Assembly: GCA_039024555.1 (NCBI GenBank)
Contig: JBCCQQ010000052.1
Location: 1-45,070, forward strand
Direction of reading: 5' to 3'
Length of the DNA stretch: 45,070 bases
Origin: Cyanobacteria bacterium P01_D01_bin.156
Lineage (GTDB): Bacteria; Cyanobacteriota; Cyanobacteriia; Phormidesmidales; Phormidesmidaceae
The notes under the pieces were generated by a model that worked only from the letters and a program-made list of their open reading frames with translations, made no database searches and was not told the origin of the DNA. Positions 19,141 to 27,966 of the stretch are shown here, piece by piece (position 1 is the stretch's first letter; every line of letters starts with the position of its first letter). The position numbers were made by a program, and so were the translations under genes.

Positions 19141-19581
19141 TTAAGCTCCAGATACCAAAATACCCCCGGCAACAATCAACACAGCCCCCATTACAAGCTG
19201 CAAGGAGTTTACCGTGGCTCCCTCAGCAAAAATAATCAGGGCCAGACTAGATGTGACCAATGTATTCATGTTGTACAGCGGCACCAGTTTGGCCAGTGGG
19301 GTTTGATAATTAATTAAGCCCAGTACTACACAACCCGTTCCTAATCCCCAAAACACTCCTTGCATTGAGGACGATGCTACAGCGCCTAGGGAAGGAATAT
19401 GGAGTGGCAGCAGCAGATTAAACAATAATCCGGTAATGCTAATGGCAATACCGATAATAAATAAATGCCCCCCTACCGACATCCCTGCATTGGTGCTGCT
19501 TTTGGCAAAGATGCTAGAAATGCCGTAAAGAAGAGCCGGTAGCAGACCGCCTACAATTAAACCTAACCAATTTGATGTCAT
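19141..19581 (-). CDS. EamA/DMT-superfamily small membrane protein
   Basis: Five hydrophobic segments; PLAKLVPLY and GAVLIVAGGILV are DMT-like. Confidence 0.7.
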   Translation of the reverse strand: MTSNWLGLIVGGLLPALLYGISSIFAKSSTNAGMSVGGHLFIIGIAISITGLLFNLLLPLHIPSLGAVASSSMQGVFWGLGTGCVVLGLINYQTPLAKLVPLYNMNTLVTSSLALIIFAEGATVNSLQLVMGAVLIVAGGILVSGA

Positions 19582-19751
19582 CTTGTTGACCTGTGTATGG
19601 GTGTTATCGATTTCATCCTTTCAATCGATAACAGTTGTTTTTAACAGTCTGGATACTATCGTAAGGTGTTAGCAGCATTCCATAGTTTGCTATACCTTCG
19701 GTCAGGCGTGTGCATAAAAATAGATCACCGTTACAAGGCTTGGCAATACCT

Positions 19752-19853
19752 GGTTCCCCTTGCCAAGGGGAACCGTCAGGGAGGGGGCTGGATCACTTGC
19801 CTCAATGACCGAAAACCCCTCCGCCTACGGCACCTCCCCTTGGTAAGGGGAGG
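19752..19853. repeat. Pair of REP-like palindromes (CCCCTT-NNN-AAGGGG type)
   Basis: GGTTCCCCTT-GCC-AAGGGGAACC at 19752-19774 and CCTCCCCTT-GGT-AAGGGGAGG at 19833-19853, the latter preceded by CCCCTCCGCCTACGGCA. Confidence 0.75.
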
Positions 19854-20399
19854 AAGTTGCTGAAAAGAATCCTACTGGGGATTTTATTTATGTGCAATCT
19901 CCTCAGGGTAGGGTACTGATCCTCAGAATGACCGTGTTTGTCATATCCAGACTCATCGCCGGTATTACTGGTCGCTTCACACACTAATACCAGTAACGAC
20001 AAATCTCTTCAATCACCAAGCAACAACTCACCTGAGCGATTAACAGTTGGTGCTTTTTTCTACCTATGCAAATAATGGGAAGGTGTACCAACATCTGAGC
20101 TTCACAATAGAATCTATCTAAAGTTGTTGTTATATTGTTTAAGATCTTGAAGAGGGCTGTTTTAGAACCAATATTCCGAGAAAATTCGCAAATACACCGA
20201 GTTATTTACACCATGGAAATGGGTCAGGCATCGATGATGTCACCGTAACTGTTGAAAGCACTTTCAGTGGATTCACATGAGATAAAGAGATACTTCAAAA
20301 AATCTTCTTTAAGTTGGGTGCTAGCACCATGGGGATCAAAGCATGTGTGCAGATACAAAAGAACAGTAAGACACATACCGATCCGAAATACCTATAAAA

Positions 20400-22052
20400 A
20401 TGGCTACACTCGATAAGCTTACAGCTTCAGAAATTGACAAAATATTACTTGATCTAATTAATAAAGAACGTCAGTATGAGGGGCTTTCTCCATTAATCCT
20501 TAATACAGAGCTAGATAAAGCAGCTCAGGATCATAGCGATTATTTAGCACAGCAGACTTGGGATGATGAGAGCAAAGATCCCCATGTAGGTGCTGATAAC
20601 TCTACTGTCAGCACCAGGGTCAATGATGCTAACTACGACTATCAAGTTGTTCGTGAAAATATTGCTTTTGGATATTACGACCCCAATATAGTTGTTCAAG
20701 ATTGGCTTAAAAGTCCAGGTCACAGAGAAAATCTTTTAAACCCTGATGTCATTCATCTTGGTATTGGTTACGAGTATCGAGAGAATGATCCTAATTACTA
20801 TTATGATTATCTAACTATTGTCTTAGCGAAGGGAGAATCAGAGGTAACTACTCCCCCTAACGATGATCATGCTTCATCCAGCGGCAACGATACTGACGAT
20901 GATTCATCCTCTGATAACAGTACAGGTGACAACTCAGGCTCTGATAACAATACTAACGATAATTCATCTTCCAGTAACACTGGAAATAACTCAGGCTCTA
21001 ATAACGATACCGGTAATGATTCAGGTTTCAACAACGACTCATCTGGCAACAACAATACCGATGATACCTCATCTGATGATGATGGGACTAACGACAATTC
21101 ATCCCCTAACAATGACTCATCTGGCGACAACGATACTTTAGACGATTCATCTGATAATAACGGTACAGACAATAGCTCATCTAATGATGACGGAGCTGAT
21201 AATACCGGCAATAATTCATCTTCTGATGATGATAGCGCTAATGACAACTCATCCTCTAACGATGACTCATCCACCGATGGTGATTCATCCAGTGATGGAG
21301 GCAATACCGGCAATAATTCATCCAATAATGACGATGGCGACAACTCATCCTCTAACAACGACGATGTTGGAGATGACTCTTCTAACAGTGACAATGCTGG
21401 AAATAACTCATCCTCTAATAACGGAACTAGCGATGGACAATCATCAGATAACAGTACAGATACAAACTCTGAAACACTGGTAGGTACCGAAAGTAATGAT
21501 GAAATTAGAGCTGGTAATGGCACTGTTCTAATTGCCGGTGGGTTAGGTGACGATAGAATCTATGGCAGCATCAATAACGATGTATTGCGAGGTGACCTAA
21601 ATGACCGTGATTCTGGTGTTGGCACTGAGGGCGGTAATGACTGGATCTCCGGCGGAGCAGGTGATGACTTTATTGGCGGCAAAGCTGGTAATGATATACT
21701 CCTAGGCGGCACCGGCGATGACCAGATTTGGGGTGACCATGGTGACGATATTCTACGGGGTGGCCTCGGTAACGATACGTTGACCGGTGATGACGACTCT
21801 GGCGGTAGTGGAGCTGACATCTTTATTTTGGCGGCTGGCGCTGGCGCAGACGTGATTACGGATTTTGAGGTTGGCACTGATAAGATTGGGCTTGCCGATG
21901 GTCTGATCTTCGATGATCTCTCCTTAGGTCAAAGCTCCGATGGAGCCACGATTTCTCTGGGTACAGAAGTACTGGCTACAGTTAATGGCGTATCAAGGGA
22001 TGAGTTGATCAGTATTAGGGCAATGTTTATTGCGGCACCAGACGTCACCTAA
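20400..22052 (+). CDS. CAP (SCP) domain protein with Ser/Asp/Asn linker and RTX Ca-binding repeats
   Basis: LINKER...AAQDHS...RENIA...WLKSPGHRENLL CAP motifs, GGxGxD nonapeptides, and a DVITDF...DKIGL type-I-secretion-like tail. Confidence 0.9.
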   Translation: MATLDKLTASEIDKILLDLINKERQYEGLSPLILNTELDKAAQDHSDYLAQQTWDDESKDPHVGADNSTVSTRVNDANYDYQVVRENIAFGYYDPNIVVQDWLKSPGHRENLLNPDVIHLGIGYEYRENDPNYYYDYLTIVLAKGESEVTTPPNDDHASSSGNDTDDDSSSDNSTGDNSGSDNNTNDNSSSSNTGNNSGSNNDTGNDSGFNNDSSGNNNTDDTSSDDDGTNDNSSPNNDSSGDNDTLDDSSDNNGTDNSSSNDDGADNTGNNSSSDDDSANDNSSSNDDSSTDGDSSSDGGNTGNNSSNNDDGDNSSSNNDDVGDDSSNSDNAGNNSSSNNGTSDGQSSDNSTDTNSETLVGTESNDEIRAGNGTVLIAGGLGDDRIYGSINNDVLRGDLNDRDSGVGTEGGNDWISGGAGDDFIGGKAGNDILLGGTGDDQIWGDHGDDILRGGLGNDTLTGDDDSGGSGADIFILAAGAGADVITDFEVGTDKIGLADGLIFDDLSLGQSSDGATISLGTEVLATVNGVSRDELISIRAMFIAAPDVT

Positions 22053-22077
22053 AAACCACAAGCGCAGATGGGCCAGC

Positions 22078-22872
22078 TCATCTGCGCTTTTTGGGTTCAA
22101 CCAGCTGCATGGCGGAATTGAAAAACTGTTGCTTGATGGCATGGGTCACCAAAATTGATGTAGATAAGCTGGCAAAGGCCAACATAAACATAATCAACAT
22201 TTGGTATAGAGCCGCGTTAAGCGGGTCTGCGCCCCCGAGAATCTGCCCTGTGATCATGCCCGGTAGGGTCACTAACCCCACTACCATCATGGAATTGATC
22301 ATGGGAATTAAACCAGCTTTGATGGCGTCTCGCCGATAGGTGGAAATGGCCTGGTTGGGTGTGGCGCCTAAACTTAAGTGGGTTTCAATATCAATACGAT
22401 TGTTGCGCAGGGCATTGACCAACCGTTCCCCTGTCAGTGAGGAGGCATTGAGGGCGTAGCCTAACACCATGCCCGTCAGGGGGATTAAGTATCTCGGTTC
22501 GTACCAAAGTTCTGGACGTACCACCGCTGTCATGGTGTAAACCATGGTCGCCGCTGTACTGGCGAGGATGGCCCCCCATAGCCACAGCACTAGCCCAGGA
22601 ATATCTTTACCGATGCGGTTACGGGCGGTAAGGGCGGCGATGGTGGCCATTACCAGCAGCACCAGGAGAATTAAACCTGGATTGCGTAGGGTAAACACAA
22701 TGGATAGAAAAATACCCACTGCCAACAGCTGGACTACCGTACGCAGCGTGGCCAAAGCTAGGGTACTAGCCAAACCTAAACGCTGCCATAGGGCAAGTCC
22801 AATAGTAAAGGCGGCCAGTCCCAAGGCCCAAATCATGCGAATGAGATCGAGCTCAATAGTAGTGGGAGGCAC
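22078..22872 (-). CDS. fetB: Iron-export ABC permease FetB (UPF0014)
   Basis: RTVVQL, RYLIPLTGM, LSLGAT and GLVTLPGMITGQILGG motifs; GTG start. Confidence 0.88.
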   Translation of the reverse strand: MPPTTIELDLIRMIWALGLAAFTIGLALWQRLGLASTLALATLRTVVQLLAVGIFLSIVFTLRNPGLILLVLLVMATIAALTARNRIGKDIPGLVLWLWGAILASTAATMVYTMTAVVRPELWYEPRYLIPLTGMVLGYALNASSLTGERLVNALRNNRIDIETHLSLGATPNQAISTYRRDAIKAGLIPMINSMMVVGLVTLPGMITGQILGGADPLNAALYQMLIMFMLAFASLSTSILVTHAIKQQFFNSAMQLVEPKKRR

Positions 22873-22879
22873 TTGTCAA

Positions 22880-23581
22880 CTACTCTCTCAAAACATAGCC
22901 CACACCGCGCACGGTCTGGATCAAACGCTTTTCGCCTTCGGCCTCTAGCTTTAAGCGCAAATAGCGAATGTACACTTCAATAATGTTGGAGTCCCCCATG
23001 AAGTCATAGCCCCAGACCTTTTCTAGGATTTGATCGCGAGTCAGCACCTGGCGAGGGTGGGCAATTAGATAATCTAACAGGTCAAATTCTTTGGCGGTTA
23101 ACTCCATTCCCCGGTCGCCACGAAAGACTTCGCGGGTTTTTCGATTTAACGACAGGGTCTCAAACTGTAGGGTTTCGGCCTCCTGGGGATCGTTGCGACG
23201 CAGATGAGCTCGCACCCGGGCCAATAGTTCTTCAATGCTGAAGGGTTTGACCACATAGTCATCGGCACCGGCATCCAGTCCGGCAACCCGATCGGATACA
23301 TCATCCTTGGCGGTGAGAAAGATAATGGGCATTTGGGCGCCGGTACTGCGCAGACGACGACAGACTTCTACCCCCGCTAGACCCGGCATCATCCAGTCCA
23401 GCAGAATTAAATCAGGAACAGTATCTCGGGCAGCCATCAGCCCGGACAGGCCGTCGTTAGCAATAGCAACCTCATAGCCTTCGTAGGAAAGCTCCATTTG
23501 CACAAATTTGGCAAGTTGGGTTTCATCCTCGATAACTAAAATTTTGGCAGCGGTCTCGGTCATGATGATGGACTCCGGCAA
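22880..23581 (-). CDS. OmpR-family response regulator
   Basis: IEDE, LDWMMP and KPF receiver residues, plus winged-helix LTAKEFDLL...IQTVRGVGY. The true start may be the ATG at 23563. Confidence 0.95.
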   Translation of the reverse strand: MPESIIMTETAAKILVIEDETQLAKFVQMELSYEGYEVAIANDGLSGLMAARDTVPDLILLDWMMPGLAGVEVCRRLRSTGAQMPIIFLTAKDDVSDRVAGLDAGADDYVVKPFSIEELLARVRAHLRRNDPQEAETLQFETLSLNRKTREVFRGDRGMELTAKEFDLLDYLIAHPRQVLTRDQILEKVWGYDFMGDSNIIEVYIRYLRLKLEAEGEKRLIQTVRGVGYVLRE

Positions 23582-23733
23582 TAACCTCGTAATTTTTTGC
23601 GTTGCTGATCCTGGGTATGACTTTAGTGTGCCAATCTTAGACCTTGAACGGTCTTAAAGATCATTTCATTCCCGTGATCAGAAACACCCTGTTTTTCACA
23701 TTTAGAGCTGGGGTAGTTCCTCAGAAAGCGCGG

Positions 23734-25131
23734 TTAAGACGGCAGACTGACGGTGAATATACTACCTTCACCGAGCTTAGACTGAACCTTAATTTTTCCC
23801 CGCATACCCTCTACTAGGGTTTTGACGATGGATAAACCAAGGCCTGTGCCGCCTGTGGCTCGACAACGGTCTTCATCCACACGATAAAAGGGTTCAAAAA
23901 TTTGGGTGAGGTCAGCCATGGGAATGCCTCGACCGCGATCGCATACCTGAATTACGGCCCATTCCCCTTCTTGACGCAGTTTCACGGTCACCACCGTATC
24001 GTCATCTGAATACTTGATGGCATTGTCAATCAAGTTAATCAGCACCTGCTTTAACCGATTGCGGTCGGCAAAAGCATCTAAACCGGACATTTCAATATCG
24101 GCCTGAACGCGATCGCTAGAGTAGCGACACATTTCAAGGGTGTCTAGAATAAAATCCTTCAGGGGTACCTGTTCCAAATGGAATCGCATATGGCCCCCAT
24201 CAGCGCGGGCCATGTCCAACAAATCCTGCAGCATCCGAATGGTCCGATCTGCTTCTGCTGCGGCAATTTCCAACCCTTCTCTCTGGGGCTCACTCAGGGT
24301 ATTGCCTCGTCGCAGGGTACTTTGCAGATAGCCATGTACCAGGGTAAGGGGAGTACGCAGCTCGTGGGACACATCACTGACAAACCGTCGCTGCTGGTTC
24401 CAGGCAGATGATAAACGCCCCAGCATCATGTTGAAGGCTTGGGCCAAGTCTCTCACTTCTGTCGGGGCTCGATCCAACTCCAAATGGGCATCTGCCAGGT
24501 TATCTGGACATACATTGGCCGCCAGCCTATTCATCTTACGAATAGGTCTAATGGACTGCCGTACATAGATGGCAATCACAACGGCTGACAGAGCGATCAC
24601 AAAAATGCTAGTCCACGTCAGGTCACGAGTCACGGTAGCAAAGCTCGCCTGGTTCTGGGTAATGTCGTCAATGACGAATAGATCTCCTAAAACCGTGCCA
24701 TCCACTTCCAAAGGAGAAATACACACAATCATCTGCCGGTCACCAATGGTGACGCTATCTAGCTGGGGCGAAGAGGGTAGCCGAATGACCTGCTCAGCCA
24801 GTCCACCTTTCTTCCAAGAGCCCATATCTAGGGTGTCAGATTTAGCAATAATGTCTCCCTCGGGAGAGCGAATCCAAATGGCGGTATCTGCCGTCGAGCG
24901 ATAGTTAATTACCTTCTCCAGGGCCTCTGTAGACGCCATGGCTTCATCCATCAGTTCTACATCTTGACCAAACCGATTGGCGATCTCCACGGCATTATCT
25001 TTATGCCCTTGAATCAGGATTTGCTGCATCCTAAAGTTGCTCCAGCCGGTCATTCCACCAAAGCCGAGAATAGATGCCAGCACCATGCCAGCGGTAAGGC
25101 GAAATTGAATAGAGCCGGGGTCAAATTTCAT
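23734..25131 (-). CDS. HAMP-domain sensor histidine kinase
   Basis: Two TMs, HAMP, H-box SHELRTPL, N-box NLIDNAIKY and G-boxes DRGRGI / GTGLGL. Start set at MKFDP. Confidence 0.93.
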   Translation of the reverse strand: MKFDPGSIQFRLTAGMVLASILGFGGMTGWSNFRMQQILIQGHKDNAVEIANRFGQDVELMDEAMASTEALEKVINYRSTADTAIWIRSPEGDIIAKSDTLDMGSWKKGGLAEQVIRLPSSPQLDSVTIGDRQMIVCISPLEVDGTVLGDLFVIDDITQNQASFATVTRDLTWTSIFVIALSAVVIAIYVRQSIRPIRKMNRLAANVCPDNLADAHLELDRAPTEVRDLAQAFNMMLGRLSSAWNQQRRFVSDVSHELRTPLTLVHGYLQSTLRRGNTLSEPQREGLEIAAAEADRTIRMLQDLLDMARADGGHMRFHLEQVPLKDFILDTLEMCRYSSDRVQADIEMSGLDAFADRNRLKQVLINLIDNAIKYSDDDTVVTVKLRQEGEWAVIQVCDRGRGIPMADLTQIFEPFYRVDEDRCRATGGTGLGLSIVKTLVEGMRGKIKVQSKLGEGSIFTVSLPS

Positions 25132-25200
25132 TAGAACAACACAGGTATTAACAGCACAGATCAGTCTTGTTTTTAGTTGATATGACTTTAACCAGGCAAG

Positions 25201-25218
25201 CTGAGAGAATCCTGATAA
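25201..25218 (-). promoter_or_regulatory. Possible OmpR-type tandem binding site upstream of the kinase
   Basis: CTGAGA (25201) and CTGATA (25212) form a direct repeat with 11-bp period, about 70 bp upstream of the start. Confidence 0.3.
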
Positions 25219-25366
25219 TATCCCCAAATAAACTTAATAGAACTGGTGGTGTTGCTGATTCTTGTGCTGTTTTTGCGCAAGCATGTTGAAGCACGTAGCG
25301 ATAAGTAGGTCAGTCAGCTGCATTACCTTGCCAAATTAGCCGTGGCACCGTAGCTGTGCGATTGCC

Positions 25367-27955
25367 TTAATTTACCGCACCAATCAACGTAAAAGCAGCC
25401 CAGGCAACGGGATCTTTATACTGTTTACGGATGGCTAGCATGGCCTGACGCAATGCTTGAGCATTGTCCAATCGCTGGCGCTGACGATAAAACTCCACCA
25501 TCAGCTGAGCTGTGGCTTCGTCAGGCACCTGCCATAGGGAAACCATAACATTATCGGCCCCAGCCGCTAGAAAGGAGCGGGATAGCCCAATGACGCCGTC
25601 GCCGGTAATTTGTCCTCGCCCAGTGTCACAGGCACTCAGTACCACCAGATCTGCCTGTAGGGTCTGGTCTAAGATTTCTGCGGCAGTGAGAAAGCCGTCC
25701 TGGCTATCATCAGGGACAAACGCTAGGGACCCCTGTAGTGGATTAGCTTCATTAAAAAAGCCGTGGGTGGCCAAATGAATCAACGATGCAGTGGCGAGCT
25801 GTTGTTTGACGACGGTTTCTGTTGCCACTTTTCCAATCAAGGCATGAGTACCAAGCACATTGGCAATACTGCTGGCTTCCGTCCCGGCATGGGGAAGCGC
25901 CTGAAGATTCTCGGGCATGGGAGTAGGATTGCCGACGACTAAGGGCTGACCAGTCGCTGATTGTTCTCCACCATCAGTCAGTGCTAAAACCTGAATAGCC
26001 GGAGCACTCAAAAGGGTGTGATGTTCAATGAGATAACTGCCATCCTCTTTCTGGAGGGCTGGAAATGGCACCAGGAACAGCTGCTCTTGAGGGATAAAGA
26101 CAACTCGCTGCTGGGGATCCGTCGGCAACAGATCTTCCACGGGGGTAATCAATAGGTTGTATAGATCTTGCCACTGGGAGGGCTGCCTGAAGACGGCGGC
26201 AAAGGCAGTGACTTGGTGAACTTCAGTGATGGGAACCACCGGGTTTGGCAGCATAAAGTCTGGATGGCTGAGGGTAACAGTCCCTGCACGGGGGTCAACG
26301 GCAGTGACTTCATAGGGAGCCCAATCCAGCGGTTCTCCTTCTCGTCGGACTTGATCGCCGGGTCTCGGTAGGCCTCGACTGTTGCCCCGAATCCCGTTAC
26401 GGGTACGGCTCGTTTCCACCAGCTTGGCAATGGAGGTGCCCTTCTCCTGCAGCGGTCTGAGATCCACCTCCCGAAAATCCACCTGTCCTGTAGGCTGAAC
26501 TACCCAAATGTAGAGACGTTCTGCTGTTCCCCTCTGTTTACCTTGGAACTTAAAACCATCGTCAGGCACCAGGGTATATTCCACTAGGGTGGCCTGTTGC
26601 TCCATTGCAACAGCACGGATTTGCTTAATATCAGGTGCCTGGGTCGTCTCAGCCAAGGTCTCTGTTTGTTCGGCCACCAGTTCAACAAAGGCCCTCGCTC
26701 GCCCCCGCTCGGCCACTTCCAATGCAGCTTCGGTATTGCCTCGGGCCACCAGAATTTGTTGCAATAAGTTATAGGTCAGCACCTGGGTGTCAAAGATAGA
26801 AATTTGACTCGTATCATCTAAACCAGGTCGAAGAGATTCTAAAATATTGACCGCTTCGTACAGTTTGGCTTCAGAGGCTGCCAGCTGACCTGATTTAAAT
26901 AGGGTATGACCAAGATTATTTAACGCGACGGCAATGGTTTGAGGATCGGCAGTTGAGCGGGCATTGTTCAGGCTCTGCTGGTGATGGTTTAGCGCCCGCT
27001 CATAGTCTCCTTGATCGGCATATAGACTCCCCAAACTACCCAGGGCTACACCAACCATATCTGGCTGTTGGTTAGCCTCGGCAATGGTTAATGCCTGTTG
27101 CAGCTGGTCAATGGCTAAGGATGGCTGTCCTTGTACATAATAAGCTGCTCCGAGGTTGTTGAGAGCGTAGGTTATTCCTTGGATATCGCCCCCAGATTTG
27201 AATAGCTCTAAGCTGGTGGTGTAGTGCTCAATCGCCCGTTCATAATTGCCCAGGCGAGCGTAGGTTGCCCCCAGGTTGACATGGGCAACAGCTATTAATT
27301 GGGGATCTGCTAATTGTTGTGCCAGCGCTAAACTCTGTTGGTGTAGCTCAGCCGTCCGTTCATAATTACCCAGACCTTCATGGGCATTGGCCAGTAGCCC
27401 TAACACCTGAGCTTCATTGTTCTGGGTTGTTGGTGTTTGGTTGTTGCGAATATCGGTTAGGGCCTTTTCATAGGTTTCGATGGCGGCTAGATAATTGCCT
27501 AGGGCGTTGTAGGCAATGCCAAGGTTGGCCTGGATGCGGGCGCGTAAATCTTCCTGATTGGTAGCAACAGTTAAGGCGCGCTGGGCCAGAGGAATTACCT
27601 GACGATGCTGGCCCAATTCTAGATGTACAAAAATAAGGAGTTCTAATACTCTTTGTTCACCTGATTTATTTTGGTCTTGGTGGTACTGCTCTAGAGCCGC
27701 TTGCCAGGGTGCGATCGCAGCATCTAGCTGATGATTACGATAGTGCGCCATTCCCTGCTCAAACCAATCCTCAGCAGAGAGATCGACTGCCGTTGGCCCA
27801 GGCGGTGCAGTTGCAGACAATGCAGTCCCAAATTGTCCGCCCAGGGGGAATCCAGCAACAACCCACAGCATTACCGCCAATGCCACAGCCAGATAACGTG
27901 ACCATTTGAATCGCTGCGTTCTACAACTGCCCCAATATTTTCTCAATTGCACCAT
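25367..27955 (-). CDS. Exported TPR-CHAT (caspase-like) protease
   Basis: Signal/TM N-terminus, multiple TPRs (ALNNLG), CHAT catalytic HLATHG and VLSACDTG, and C-terminal WAAF. Confidence 0.92.
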   Translation of the reverse strand: MVQLRKYWGSCRTQRFKWSRYLAVALAVMLWVVAGFPLGGQFGTALSATAPPGPTAVDLSAEDWFEQGMAHYRNHQLDAAIAPWQAALEQYHQDQNKSGEQRVLELLIFVHLELGQHRQVIPLAQRALTVATNQEDLRARIQANLGIAYNALGNYLAAIETYEKALTDIRNNQTPTTQNNEAQVLGLLANAHEGLGNYERTAELHQQSLALAQQLADPQLIAVAHVNLGATYARLGNYERAIEHYTTSLELFKSGGDIQGITYALNNLGAAYYVQGQPSLAIDQLQQALTIAEANQQPDMVGVALGSLGSLYADQGDYERALNHHQQSLNNARSTADPQTIAVALNNLGHTLFKSGQLAASEAKLYEAVNILESLRPGLDDTSQISIFDTQVLTYNLLQQILVARGNTEAALEVAERGRARAFVELVAEQTETLAETTQAPDIKQIRAVAMEQQATLVEYTLVPDDGFKFQGKQRGTAERLYIWVVQPTGQVDFREVDLRPLQEKGTSIAKLVETSRTRNGIRGNSRGLPRPGDQVRREGEPLDWAPYEVTAVDPRAGTVTLSHPDFMLPNPVVPITEVHQVTAFAAVFRQPSQWQDLYNLLITPVEDLLPTDPQQRVVFIPQEQLFLVPFPALQKEDGSYLIEHHTLLSAPAIQVLALTDGGEQSATGQPLVVGNPTPMPENLQALPHAGTEASSIANVLGTHALIGKVATETVVKQQLATASLIHLATHGFFNEANPLQGSLAFVPDDSQDGFLTAAEILDQTLQADLVVLSACDTGRGQITGDGVIGLSRSFLAAGADNVMVSLWQVPDEATAQLMVEFYRQRQRLDNAQALRQAMLAIRKQYKDPVAWAAFTLIGAVN

Positions 27956-27966
27956 GTCAAATGTTC

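Noticed and set aside
19711..19740. TGCATAAAA resembling the shared promoter motif
   Set aside because: No YGAGT at the 15-nt spacing (it reads AAGGC) and no preceding TT.
20867..21877. Antisense and alternative-frame ORFs over the CAP-RTX gene
   Set aside because: Stop-poor shadows of low-complexity coding sequence.
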